Source of the DNA: Massalongia carnosa
Lineage: Eukaryota
Reading direction: 5' to 3'
DNA: 64,000 nucleotides
Assembly (NCBI GenBank): GCA_965645245.1
Contig: OZ287073.1
Coordinates: 2,542,001 to 2,606,000 of the forward strand
The notes under the pieces were generated by a model that was not told the origin of the DNA, did not search any database, and saw only the letters and a list, made by a program, of their open reading frames with translations. Shown here piece by piece: positions 48,963 through 62,323 of the stretch; the stretch's first letter is position 1; the number at the start of each line of letters is the position of its first letter. The translations under genes were made by a program, and so were the position numbers.

Positions 48963-50200
48963 CCCATCAACTACTCCTCCACCTTCCGGCCCTAACTTCG
49001 CTTCAGCTTTCAAGAACACATCAAACAGTTTCAACTCTGGTGGCTTTCAAAACATATCTGAGCCTGTTGAAATGGTGAGGAATGTGCTCAGGTGGGAGCT
49101 CAAGTCGAATCTTGAGCTCGACCATCCCGATTTCATAGCCACATACCTCGCTGAAATCCCACAAGTCGACGATGCAGCAACTGCCGTCTTCAAGAAGTGT
49201 TGCGATGGAAAGGACCCCTTTTACACGACTGGCTACAGATGGCGTGGTTGGGAAGACGGTGATGAAAAAGGCGTCCAGCGGTCGCTTGAGGGATGCATCA
49301 GCAAATTTATGAAGTTTCTTGAGGAGGCCAGCATCGAGCCACCAAGCCAACGCCGGTTCGTGCCATCACCCAATACCCCCGTCCCGGGAGCTGTGAAACG
49401 GAAGCCTGACCTGTGTGTCGCCACATTTGCTGGAGAAAGCATCGGTGTGCTCGCCAAGCCAAACAAACAGATAGCTTCTTGGCGTCAGGTACTTGTTGCC
49501 ATTGAACTCAAATCTTCTGGACAGGACGGTTTGGAGAAGACATGGTCAGATGTCATGAAATACGCACGAGAAATTTGCAGACACCAAGATTCCCGCCGGT
49601 TTGTCCTTGGACTCACCCTATGTGGATCCACCATGCGGCTTTGGGAATTTGATCGACTGGGCGCCACGACTTCAGTGGCATTTGATATCCATAAAAATGG
49701 CCCTTTCTTTGTGAAGACCTTACTCAGCTTCCTTTGGATGAACGATGGACAGTTGGGCATCGACCCGGACTTGATGGAGGTAGACGGTCAACGATTCGTC
49801 AAGATTAATAGAGACGGCAAAGAAGAGCGACTGATCATCACCGAAACGCTGAGAGCTCATACAGCGTGCATAGCCGGCCGAGCGACAACTTGCTGGAAGG
49901 CATACCGTGAGGGAGATGACTCCAAGAAGCCACTTGTAGTCAAAGACTCTTGGCAATACGTCAATCGACCAGAGGAAGGCGAGCTTATTCGCAAAGCCTC
50001 TGCCGCTGGTGCCACTAACATCTCTCAATACTACCACCATGTAACGGTCTTGTTCAACGAAAAAGAAGACTTGATTCGCTCAAATGTTCGAAATGGCATA
50101 TCAACTAAAGCTGGTAGCAACCCGTTCACACAACCCGGTTTCTTTTCACCTGAAACTACCACATCCAGCAATGCTTCCGGTTTCCCTTTAGTGGTTAAAT
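48963..50200 (+). pseudogene. FunK1 kinase N-terminal part, inverted relative to its C-terminal part
   Basis: KRKPDL, VLVAIELKS, YAREI...QDSRRFVLGLTLCGSTMRLWEFDRLG, GRATTCW, VVKDSWQY. 49754-50200 is an inverted copy of 48195-48962 without the LTR. Confidence 0.88.
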
Positions 50201-50369
50201 GTAATCCTCTTTCAACATTATCAAACATTTTAGGTTGAATTCGTGGCAATGTTGGGAGAGATGATTTTGAAAAACAAGAAGAACTATTCTCACTTTGCAT
50301 TTTAAACGTTCTCTAGGATCGAATAAATTTTTTTGAAGGACAACCACAATCTAGGCTACTATTATTGAT

Positions 50370-53340
50370 TTGACTCTCACATCTATCTATTCTCTCAACA
50401 CGTCTTCCCTTGTAACGCGTACCGACGTTATGTCGACGCCGAGTAGGCGGCGTGGCGACATCGCTGCGCGGGCGCTACAAGAGAAGAAAAGCAGCGCAAA
50501 CCTTACGAGCCGAGCAGTAAGCGCAATAGCTGACATTGAGAAACAGCTACGCGACAAATCCAGAGAGATAATTAAGGGATCAGAGATCTTGACACTGCTA
50601 CAAGAAGCAAAGGAGTTGATTCACTTTCTCGCGCTTCCGGAGAGCGAGCTACGCAATGATGTGCAGCTGATTCAACAGCAATTAACGCGCATAGAAGCGA
50701 ACACGACCAAGACGACGGCAGCAGTCTAGAGCTACGCCGCGGTAGCGTCCGCGGGAAGTAGCAGAAACGACAGCAACACGACGGCGACGCGCAACTCCGT
50801 AATGGAGCAGCAACGACAGCTGGAGGAGATAAAGAGAAGAAAATCCGTTTTGATCAAGTTCAGGAACGACGCAGAGAAAGTCGGAATCAAAGCCTTGTCG
50901 AACAAGGCACTTATGGACAGAATCAAGACTATCGAGGAGAAGACCGGCGATGTACTGGCGGTGCGACGTCTCCCAAGCGGCGACTTGGAGCTGCTGGCGT
51001 GCACGATGGAAGCTAAGGCTAGAATGGAGATGGATCAACAGCTACATAAAGGGCTTGCGGAGTCAGCGTATGTAGTGCGACGCACATTCGCTGTGTTAGC
51101 GCATGGGGTGTGCGTAGACAGCGTCGACACAGTTAACGCACAAGCTACCATCAAGAGTCTAGAGAAATAGAATGAGCAGCTTCATCCGGGACTGCAGATC
51201 TGCCGCATTGCATGGACCAAAAGGGCAGTTTCAGAAGCCAAGATTCACTCCTCGCTAATAATTGAAGTAGCCACCGCAGAGACGGCAAACAGACTGATTA
51301 AAGAGGGTCTTCTGCAGGATTACTCGCATAGAATATGTGAGTACTTCGATAAGAACTGTCGTCTAAAACAGTGCTTTCACTGCCAGAAGTACGGACATAC
51401 GGGCACCGCAGGCAAGAACGCCCTTCGATGTGCAGGCTGCGCTCAAGGACATCGCTCGCAAGCATGCAAAGCGCCTGCGGATCGACGCAAGTGCGCCGTG
51501 TGCGGCGGGAATCATCCGGCGTGGTCTCACCTCTGCCCTGTCCGAAAAGAGGAGAAGGAGCGCCTGAATGGCATCTGGAAGAACCGACCAACGTGGCATG
51601 TCGAGACGGAGGCGGTTGTCCTTCCTCGACAAAGTCAGACAGAGGAACGAACGACGCAATAACGCCGGCGACACGACGTCTCATACACCTGCGCCAACAC
51701 GTCATCCGGCAGTGCGTGAGCGAAGCCGCTCGCCAACCCCCGAGGCCGAGGAGCCGAACGAGTTCACTCAGAATACAGTCACCAACAGCTTTCCGGCTCT
51801 CCTCTCTACACACGGCAAGAGGGCACACTCGCAGGGACCTGGAGAAGGCTCCTCGCCATCTCCTACTAGGCGCAGAGCCAGCGTGTCGGTTGTACCTGAC
51901 TCACAGCCGGCCTCGTCTTCTCATAGGTCTGACAGCGCCCTTGCACTCCTTCGTTACCCCATGCCTCCTCCGGCGCCGAAGGCGCATTCGCAGACACAGC
52001 CACAGCCCAAGCCGAAGCGCGGCCGCCCGCCGCTTCACAGAATCAGCGGCAAAGTCTCCCGAAATACCCAGTAATGGCGGGACAAACATCTCTTTCAATA
52101 TTACAGTATAACATCAGAAAGAGCAAGAACGGGGTCATGACCCCTCTACTGGCGGACAAGAGAATAGAGGAGTATGACGTCTTAGCCATTCAGGAACCAT
52201 GGCGCAACCCCAGCGTTTGCACGTCGCACAATCCGTTAAATTCCGGCTTTCATCTTGCGTTTATGTCGAATGAGAATGTACGTGCGTGTTTCTATATTAA
52301 TAAAAGATTGGATGTCAATTCTTGGGCTGTGGGCTTCCTCACGCCGGACGTGTGCACAATGAGACTAAGAATATCTGCGAGTAATGAGCCACGATACATC
52401 AATATACATAACGTCTACAGTCAATCACCCGACTCGCATTCTTCTCGCCAGCTACTCGAAAGCGTGGAGGCGACGAGACGAAAGATTCATGAGCGGGATG
52501 AAGAGGAACACATCTTGCTGGGAGACTTTAATCTGCATCACCCTCTGTGGAGTGGCCCCTCCAGGCCTACACAACATCAAGCGGCGGACCAGCTTCTCGA
52601 CGTCGTTCGTGCGGCGTCTATGCAGCTCACTCTACCTAGTGGCTCTATCACTTGGGGGCACGCAGATCCACGAGCACGATAGACCTAGTGTTCATGACCG
52701 ACTCCCTGAGACACAGTCTGCTGCACTGTCACACCCGTCCGGAGATGAACCAATCGTCCGATCACATACCCGTCTCTACCAAGCTGACGCTAGAGGTGGA
52801 GCTGAGCGTGAAACGTCGCAAGAGAGCATGGAAGCGAGCCGACGAAGAAAATCTGGCGAAAAGTCTTCGTCTACCATTAGTCACGGAGTGGCCGCGTACC
52901 CCGCAAGCCATAGACGACTTAGCGAATCGACTACAGTCCGCCATTATTGACGCGATAAATGAGACCATTCCCTGGACGGCTCCCTGCCCCGTCTCCAAAC
53001 CCTTCTGGAACGAGCGTTGCGCTGTCGCTGTGGCGGAGACTCGACGTCGAAGACGCGAGTGGACGAGGTGGAAGACAGAGGCAACGTGGCGCAGGTATCG
53101 CAAATCGGCGGATGAAAAGAAGAAGATCATCACCAAGGAGAAGAAGCTCGACTTCAGAAGAACCTTAGCAGAGATGACGTCTGCGTCCGAAGGCATATGG
53201 CGTCTTGCTCGATGGGCTCGTACGCGCAGTCACTTACCGCGAGACATTCCCAAGGTGCCCGATCTGACGCACACGCTTGCGGACGGCACAGCAGTCACTG
53301 CGTCCACATTCGACGAAAAGACGTCTCTTCTCTCTGACAT
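50370..53340 (+). mobile_element. LINE (Tad1-like), 5' part only: ORF1 and start of ORF2
   Basis: ORF1 has three CCHC knuckles (CFHCQKYGH, CAGCAQGH, CAVCGGNH) and stops. ORF2 APE endonuclease ILQYN, AIQEPW, LLGDFNLHHPLW, TIDL, SDH with a frameshift. TAATG stop/start overlap at 52072-52076. Cut off by an LTR at 53341. Confidence 0.92.
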
Positions 53341-54388
53341 TGTGATAGGGTGAATAGGGACAAGGGCAGGTGCTGAGGGGAGGGGGGGGGATTGGTGTGG
53401 ACGGAGCAGAGGGGAGGTTTTTCCGGGGCTGAGGCGCCCATTTTCTATAGATAGGGGAAGTTTCACCCTCTAGACAGACAGGCAATAAACATTTTTCTTT
53501 CCTCCAGAGTCAGTATTCGTGTCCGAGTGACAGTGTCAGAGTGGCCGAGTCGTCACCGCCAACGTTATGTTTGTTGTTTTCACGTGTGTTCCTTGTTTGC
53601 TTTCTGCCGGTCTTCTCTCCTTGAGGTCATCACGTATGCACCACCCACGACTACCCCTCTTCATTGGCGACCACGGTGCGATGACCTTTTGAGGCTATTC
53701 GGTAGAAGCAAGAGTCTAGAGAGATCAACGAGTGCAGATTCGAACGAAAAGAGAGTGGGAACGCGTTTGACCCTGAAAAAGCCAAGAGTTCAAAAGGGGC
53801 GGGGCACGGATCGTGAACTAACCTTTAGAGTGTTTCTTATTTCTTTGTTTGATAGTGGGATCGAGTTCGACCTTGATGTTCTAGACCGAAGGCGGTGAGC
53901 TGAAAGAAGACCAATTGTAAGTCTAAGAAGCAATCCGCGGGACGACGCAAGCCAAACTTTACCCTTTTTGGAAGCATCGTCGGGTTTTAGCGAGTGGCGA
54001 ATCCCGAAAAACCTCAAAACTGGTGGCAGCGGCCTATGCGACGGCGCGTCTTGACTAACGAAAAATGGTTACTATTTCGCTACAAGTTCCCGATTCCATG
54101 CTGTTATGGCTCGGCAAAAAATATCTCCAAGAGGTCCGAGACATGGAGCCATTGTTCCGAGAGTACTATAAGACTGAGCCTTTCGGCCGCGTAAAGAAGA
54201 GAGGCGACAAAAAGACAGAGAAAAATCAGAGAGTGAGCAGAAAAGAAAATTCGAAAAAAGTTCATCGTTCTGTTATTAGAAAATCGAGATCCCGAAATTT
54301 TCCTTGTGTTTCTTACCCCCCCAGTTTAGTGCCTCATTCCTTGGAGCAATTGGGTACAGTATACGACAAGTCTTACAGTGAGCTGATC

Positions 54389-56941
54389 ATGTCCAATAGT
54401 GACCCTTTTAGCCTGCGACCGGAGACACTCGAACAAAAATCCGAAGATTCTACTCCTGACGCCTCCATACGTTCAGAAAAAGCTCCTGCCGGTGAGCCTG
54501 TGTACCAACCGACGGCGGAATTGCCACCACCTCCTGCTATACGACCGTTCCCGATGGACCCGCGTTTTTATATGGCCTTACCTCACCCTGGTTCCCCTGG
54601 AACGCCCTTTTTCACGGGAGGAAATGTCACCGATTTCCTGGATCGCTATCTTCTTATGTGTCGCGACTACCGACTCGCCGAAGATCAAATTATTCCACGT
54701 TTGCCCTGGTACTGTGAGAACCTGATAGGCCAGAACGTCAAGTCTATGATCGAGTTTACCTCTGGTGATTGGGACAACCTAGCCAAGGCAATGCGCAAGG
54801 AATACCGTCATAATGACACCTCGCAACAAGTCAACTCTCGAGCTTTTCTGGAAGCACTAAAGAATAAGCCTCGCATGGAGGAGGATGACATACCGCTATA
54901 TTGTCGTCGTTTTGTGGCTATTTGCAAGCAACTTCCTGGCGGCCAAAGGCTTGACAATTTCACTCAATGTTCATGGTTTGTTCAAGGTTTACCGGAGAAA
55001 TTATGTTCGGAGCTATTCATGCGATATGATATTGATCTAGAAGGCGACGAACCCCTGATGCTCGATACTTTGGTCCAGTACACTATAACTCTGGCTACCT
55101 CAAGTCAGCGCCTGAGAGATCTAGTACGAGGAGATAAGGAACAAGATAAGATTAGTGCCTTGGTGGATGATTATGGACGGGCAGCGAGCAAGCAAAAAGC
55201 CTCTCCTCCTAGTTCTTCTCTTACACAAGCGCCTATAGCCCCTCCGGTGATAGATACCAGGGCTATTATGAATAGCGCTATCGAGGAAATTACCCACGGT
55301 GTTAAAGATATGATGTTGTCCACTGTGACTGCGGTGACCTCTAACATACAGAGCAATGTGATGCAAGCGCCCCTACCGGGCCCACGACCTTACCGACCGT
55401 ATCAGCCTCCTCCACTTCAGCAAAATTTCCAATCTGCCCCTACTGTAGTGCCAGAGCAAACGACGTCGCAGCCTAGTAATGCACAACCATCTTCTTCTCT
55501 GATCCCTCCCCAGGCACAAACGAACTCTGCTGGTGGCAATTACTCAGCTTCGAACCCTCAACGTTGCAACTATTGTTGGTCTACTGATCATAGAGGCCGC
55601 TGGCAGTGCTCTGATTATAGGGCTGACCTCTCCAGCAATCGTATACATTTAAACTTCGAGGGTCAGATATGTGTAGGACCTCCGAACCCAGGCGCACGTC
55701 CCGTACAGATGAGGCTGGACCGTTCTCAAAGACAGTGTGTGGCAGAGTCCGAACGGCTTCGCTATTCTGCCCCTGCGGCCACGGTTGAAGCTAATACGGT
55801 GCGTGTTGGAGAGCTCGAACCTGATGAGTTGTCTAGTGAAGATGAGAGTTGGGACGACAAAGATTTTGGCCTTTGCGTTGTGGAACGTCGCACGGATAGT
55901 ACCAAGGAGGCAATAGTAAACGCCGCCCGAGTCAATGAGAAGCCGAAGAGTACCGCCAATTTTCATGAGCCAGTTCGTCGGATATTGAAACGAAAAGTTG
56001 AGAAAGAGGAAAAGCTTCCTACTCCAAAGAATACGAGATTTGGTAGTTGGCAGCAAGTGACTGTGGAAGATGCGACAGAAGATACTGACATGGAAGAAGT
56101 TGAGGAGTTTGTGACTTATCCAAATGGAACACCGGAGATTTCTTCTACGAAGAAAAACGGGACTTTTGCGGACAATAAGAAGAAAGCTATAGCCGATACG
56201 AAGGAGACTTCGTCTGAGCCTAAAGTAGTGGAAATTGATGAGGCCAAGGAGAAGCCTCCTCGAGCTCTCCGTTTGCCAGAGCTGACGAAAATCGACATGG
56301 ATGATGAAACACTGATGAAAAAGGTGACTCAAATACCGATAACCATGCCCTTGTCCGAGTTATGGTCCATATCCCCTCGGGTGCGAGAGCTCTTTTCCAA
56401 GCCTATAAAGCATCCTAAACCTCCGACCGCGCATGTTAGTTCACTGGGCGTTAGCGATGATGCGATGATGGGTAGCGGACAGATTCCGAAGCTTTTGTAT
56501 TCCTTATCCACTCCTAAGGCTCCTGTTCGATTAGAAGGCTTTCTCAAAAGTGTGGCTCTTCTAGATTCTGGCGCGGAAGTCAATGTGATGACCTCTAAGC
56601 TTATGCATCAAGCTGGACTATCCTGGAGACCGGCTCCTCACTTGGGTTTGGTTTCTCACACCGGGCACCGAAAACACTTCGATGGAGTATGCGAGAATGT
56701 TGAGATAAACATTGGGGGTCTAAAGAGTTTTCAACAGGTGTTTGTAGTGGACTCCGCGGATCATCAACTGGTCCTGGGTGCGCCTTTCTTGTTTATGGTG
56801 GAGCTGCAGTATGAGTACCGTCCTCAGGGAGCTTTTGCGGTCATCAAGAACTGTACTGGTCATAAGTCCGTCGTGTTCCGAGCTATTGATTATTAAGACG
56901 AAGGCAACCGGCAGGAGGAGGACATTTTTCCTTTAAACTAG
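54389..56941 (+). CDS. Gypsy gag-protease (premature TAA at 56894; likely true stop at 56939-56941)
   Basis: PFFTGGNVTDFLDRY, CNYCWSTDH...C, LLDSGAEVN, LVLGAPF; start codon is a best guess within ORF 54065-56896. Confidence 0.85.
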
Positions 56942-59900
56942 AATGCAGGCGAGCTGTCGGGGGTTTGTCTGCGGCGTGGAGTTCGAATAGCCCGAGGAAG
57001 AAAGAAAAGCGCGCTAGTCCCAATGCGTCACTTAATCTTGGATTAAGTATCCGATTAGGCCTAGTGCGCCGTTCTGACGCTAAATCCAAAGTAGCTGCAG
57101 CTTGCATCCTTAGCGGCAGGCTTAGGGTTGGAACATCCACTAGTCCGCATTGGGAGTTTGTACCCAGTTTTGATATTGGGCAGGAGTTTCGGTTATCACG
57201 CAAGTTTGATTTATTTTCGGTTTCGCAAGCAAGAGATAGAGATAGGGAGTTTGTTCGGGTTGATGGAGCATACAAGAGAAAGGGTGATAAGGTGCGCCCG
57301 GCGGAAAGATGGATTTCTGACGGTTCAATGCCTGGGGGGATGCCTGATTGGAGAGAAAGAGCTTTGGAGAGGGAAAGAGCGATGCCTAGGTTGCCCAACG
57401 AAAAATATCCAGGGTGGTTGATACCGAAATTCTCACGTATGGCGCGAGGAGCACGATTGACTCCAGAAAGATTGCAAAAGATTCGAGTAGGGGATGGGTT
57501 GTCCACGGAAGAGAGAGACCTTTTGGCCGAAGTCCTACACGGTAGGGAAGCTGCACTCGCTTAGGACTTTTCAGAGATGGGACTGGTCCGACCAGAAGTG
57601 GCGCCTCCGCAGGAGATCCGTACGATCGAGCATAAGCCTTGGCAGCATCCTGGTTTCGCTATTCCAAAATCACTACAGGAGAAGACCATCGAAATGGTAA
57701 AAGAGCGCCTTGCGATCGGAGCAATAGAACCTTGCCATGGTCATTATCGCAATCCTTGGTATGTCATAGGGAAAAAGGAGAAGGGAAAATATAGGCTCAT
57801 CAATGCCTGCACGGAAATGAACAGAGTTACCTTGCGGGACGCCACTTTACCTCCTATGGCGGACGATTTTGCTGAGAACTTCGCGGGATGTTCGGTAGCG
57901 TCGTTGGTGGACTGGTTTTCCGGATATGATCAAATTTCGCTAGACCTCAAGAGCAGAGACTATACAGCTTTTCAGACGGCACTAGGACTCATGAGGATGA
58001 CTCGACTTCCTCAAGGAGCCACCAATTCCGTGGGACAATTTGTTAGGATAAATAATCAAATCCTGCAGGCTCAGATACCTCATAATGCGGAACCTTTCGT
58101 GGATGACGTGGGAGTCAAAGGGCCCAAGACAAAGTATGACAATGAAATGGTCGCCCCTGGCATCCGCCGATTTATAAAGGAACATCTTCAGGCGCTGGAC
58201 GAGGTTCTAGCCGATTATGAGAGAGCTGGTGTGACTATCTCGGGGGCAAAATCACAATTTGCCATGCCTGGGATCCGTATTGTTGGTTATATTTGTGACT
58301 GACGGTCGACATCCGGATACTGCCAAGGTCATAAAAACTGTTGATTGGCCTCCTTGTCAGGATGTTACCGGTGCACGAGCTTTCATCGGTGTTTGCGTGT
58401 ACTATCGTATATGGATCTTTGAGTTTGCCATCGTCGCTGAGCCTATCTACCGTCTGTTCAAAAAGAAGATCCTTTTTGTTTGGGGAGTAGAGCAACAGGA
58501 AGCCATGGATAAGCTGAAACTTGCGTTGACTACCTCTCCGGCACTGCGGTCGCTGGATTATTCGATAGGAGCTGGGCTCATCATTTTGGGAGTGGATTCG
58601 AGTGGTAAGGGATGGGGTGCCGTCTTGATGCAGGAGTGGGAGGGCAAGCGACACCCTTCGCGATATGAAAGTGGTATTTGGTCCGACACCGAAAAGTCCT
58701 ATGATGCGACGAAGAGAGAGTGTAGAGGGGTCTTGAAGGCTCTCAAGAAGGTCCGCAACTATCTTTATGGAGTACATTTCTTGTTGGAGACAGATGCTTC
58801 GGTGCCTGTGGCTCAATTAAATCGTGGAGGGACGGATTTGCCAGGTGCGCTTGTTACCAGATGGATAGCTTGGATTCAGCTCTTCGACTTTGACGTGAAG
58901 CACGTTGCGGGTAAAAAGCATACAGCAGCAGATGGACTGTCTCGTAAACCCCCTACCGAAGACGATATACGGGAGAGAGAGATGGAAGAAGACATAGAAG
59001 ATTTTATTGATGCAGAATTAGGCTCTCTAAGAGTTGCCCCTATTTCCGTTACAGACGAACTGCCCTTAGAGGAGAGTTATTCAAAAAAATCTCAATAAAT
59101 CGCTGCCTATCTTACGAGTTTACAGAGACCGGCCGGCATTGGAAGGAAAGAGTTTAACAAGTTCAAGAAAGAAGCGATGAGATACTATGTGCAGGGGAGA
59201 AAGCTGTTTCGACGAAACAACAAAAATGTCCCCATACGAAGAGTTGTAGATGACGACAAGGAGAGACAGGAGATTATGGAGAAACTACATGATGAGAGTG
59301 GTCACAAAGGGAGAGAAGGGACCTACCGTAGGATTGCTGACCGCTACTGGTGGGAGGACCTTCATGCTCATGTCAAGGCCTACGTACGAAGTTGCGAGAG
59401 ATGTCAAATGCGGGACCCTACACGGCAGGAAGAAGCTCTACATCCTACCTGGATAAGTCTTTGTTGGGCCAAAGTAGGTCTGGATGTTGTGTACATGCCT
59501 TCAAGGGAGGGCAAGAAGTTCCTGGTGGCTGCTAGAGATGATCTTTCAGGCTAGGTAGAAGCTCGGGCAATAGGAAATGCCAATTCGTTGTCGGTCGCTA
59601 GGTTCCTTTGGGAAGATGTCATCTGCCGTCATGGTTGTTTTGGCCGCTTGATTGTAGATGGAGGGCCGGAAAACAAGGATTTAGTTGAAGAACTCACAGT
59701 GCGATACGGAATTAAGAGGGTCCAGGTGTCTTCTTATCACCCACAGGCCAATGGTATGATCGAGAGGGGCCATAGACCCATTGTTGATGCACTGTCCAAG
59801 ATGACCGATGGAGGGTTGGGAAATTGGGTCGAGAACCTACCCGCTGTATTATGGGCTGACCGTTCCACTGTCAAGAGTACCACCGGCTTATCCCCATATT

Positions 59901-60105
59901 ATGTGACCTGTGGCAGTGAACCTGTTCTACCGATTGAGTTGGAGGTACCTACCTGGCGTATTCTTCCTTGGAGTGAGGTTCATACAACTGCCGAGCTATT
60001 AGCTATGAGAGCTCGTCAGCTTCAGAGGCGGGAGGAGGATCTTGAGGAAGCTGTGCATCATTTACAGCGCATGAGGATGGAAGGAAAAGAGGAGTTTGAT
60101 GATAC
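56932..60105 (+). pseudogene. Gypsy RT-RNase H-integrase with stops and a frameshift
   Basis: LPQGATNS, FVDD, GVDSS, ADGLSR, H..SGH...CERC, VDGGPEN, YHPQANGMIERGH; stops ending at 57564, 59098 and 59554, frameshift ~58300. Confidence 0.92.
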
Positions 60106-60436
60106 TGTTGTAATGTGCCCGGCTGATGCCTAGTAAAGTGTTCAGAGTCACATGGTACCGCATTGGGATTAGTGCGTTGGTAAGAACATTAGGCAACACA
60201 TAACGACCTCGAGAAGCACCGCAAAACTTCTATGAACATTCCCATCGAGTCATAAATTGGATATGAGTCAATCACCAATCTTAGATTTCTAGGAAGCAGG
60301 AAGGTGAGTCATAGGGAGAACGGTTTTCGGCATGTTTTTCTATCTATATAAACACGGTCCTTAGATAGGTAGATAGAAATATCAATCGTTTCAAAAGTGA
60401 GCTTTTTACTATGCCAGCAGAGCTTCTATTACAATA
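60106..60436 (+). repeat. Solo LTR of the 102-5307 Copia family, without TSD
   Basis: Reverse complement of 102-441 with an 8-bp deletion (AAAGTCAC) and a few changes; flanks GATAC / ATAAT differ. Confidence 0.93.
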
Positions 60437-61628
60437 ATAATAATTGTCAAAAGTGGTTAATCAATATAAGTATGGCTGTGGCCGTTAAGGGTCAACCATA
60501 GCGCACACGAAGGGCCTCGAGAGCCTATCTGTCGCATGAAGGAAACTCCTTTGACTTGGCCTCAACTTTTCCCTCGTTTTCACCCTTTCAAGCTTGCTCC
60601 GACGTCGTCTTCGATATCTATCAGCATGTATTTAGCTCTTCGTTCTTATTTAATTCGATAGATCGACTCGAGCCTTCAAATTTTTCTGAGATGAATCTCG
60701 ATTTCCCCAATTATTATTTCGACCCTCTAGCTGGCTGTAGGCCCGCGTCACTCCTACATGAGGGTTGATTTAGATCTTGCCGCAAGGATCAGGCAACTCA
60801 TCTTATGACCGCTTATTCGCAAATTGAGCACTCAAGGGAGTCGAATCGTGGCTTGACATTCCAAGGCTGGCAGGTCTCACCCACGCCCGTGGGGATGGAG
60901 TTCAAGGTCTCAACGCTCGCCAAATACCCACAGAATCCAAATTACACCACCCACCAAACTCCCTAAACCACAGACTCCCTCCCTCACCCTACCCTTCCCT
61001 CCCCTCTCACGCCATAGCACCCCCGACCCCCGACCCCCGACTCCGTCCCCCGTCCAACCAAAACCGTCGGTCTCACCCCCGTCACCACCACCATCACCAC
61101 CACCGTCCCACTCGGCCGCCCCACAATCGTACTCAACCCTGGCCCCAGCACAGTCCCCGTATCCTCTGTCCCCAACAAATGCTGAAGATACCCCGGCGGG
61201 CCAACCATATGCCCCGGCCCCAGATTATAATCCGTATTCACACTCAACCCCGTCTATCTACTCCGCCACACGCCCGCAACGCGCCACCACATAGTCATTC
61301 CGTCGCTTGGGCGCCCCCCGCCGACAAGCATGCAGGTTTCCGTTGTGAATTAGCAGCTGCGTATGCACGCCTCGTAGAAGGAGAAGTCTCCTCATTGTGA
61401 AGTGGGGATTGGATGCTGACTTCACACGTCCCAATTGAGAAGGTGATGATGTGCATGTACATCTGCTGCGCGGCGCTAGATTCCCGGCGGTCGGGCTGGA
61501 CGGTTACGGGGACGTGAGGCCGAAGAGGTCGCCAAGGCGGTTGTCAATCACGCACGTGGGCGAGGAGGGGCCGCGGATTACTTCATCGTTCGTAAGGGTT
61601 GTGGCTGTTATGGTGGCGTTGAGGCGTA

Positions 61629-61914
61629 TGTTAAATAGTGAGGCTACCATCGGTTAGATGGTCAGACTACCACCAGTATAGGCATCTATCGTGAGTCCCA
61701 CGGGTGCCTGCCAGGCACCTATAGGAGGTGCCTAATAGACAGTTATGGAGGTGACTAACAGGCAGCTATGGGAGGCCTGAAGCATCACTGTTATGTGACT
61801 GCTTTTTGTGACTGCTATAAAAGCAGATAGATAGCCCTCATGGATAATTACCTTCAATGACAATCATGCTATTATATCTACACGTGAATCATCATATTCA
61901 TCAGGTTATGAGCT
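61629..61914 (+). repeat. Copia-type 5' LTR plus PBS, internal region lost
   Basis: TGTTAAATAG...TTCATCA (61903) directly followed by GGTTATGAGC; homologous to 48483-48798. Confidence 0.8.
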
Positions 61915-62323
61915 CGGCTCACTTTCACTACGTCGAATAAGTCCTCACATGGATTGTCAAAACATATCTTCATCTTTCTCATCTACTTCATCCTTCTTCA
62001 TATATATATATATTTCCTGCTAATATTCCTCTCATAACGAGAGGCTCTTTCTTGCTTTCACATCATTTTCTCTGACATGTTTTAAAAGAAAGAGTCTATA
62101 CACATTTCTTCACTCATGAAGAGTGATAATTATAAGAAATGATTTAGAGACATGATCTTCGCTCTGCAGAAAGCGAACTTTTGAAGTTATGTGACTGATA
62201 CTCGAAAAATGTCTCGAAAAAATCTTTTAAATTTAATAAACGGCAAGTTACTGTGGGTTTACCCCAACTCGTGGCACCAGACGTATGACTACGTCAGTGC
62301 TTGAGTTGGATGGTAAAGTTGTT

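Larger units (their letters stand above)
53341..60105 (+). mobile_element. Ty3/Gypsy element, degenerate and 3'-truncated (5' LTR 53341-53663)
   Basis: TG...CA LTR followed by tRNA-type PBS TGGCGACC at 53665; gag-protease then RT-RH-INT. Confidence 0.92.

Noticed and set aside
48856..50238. 460-aa ORF as an intact kinase
   Set aside because: Its N-terminus is antisense sequence from the inverted duplication, and it lacks the HRD/DLD catalytic half.
60900..61628. GC-rich segment that may be a remnant of a small host gene
   Set aside because: No recognisable motif or continuous frame; cannot be supported.
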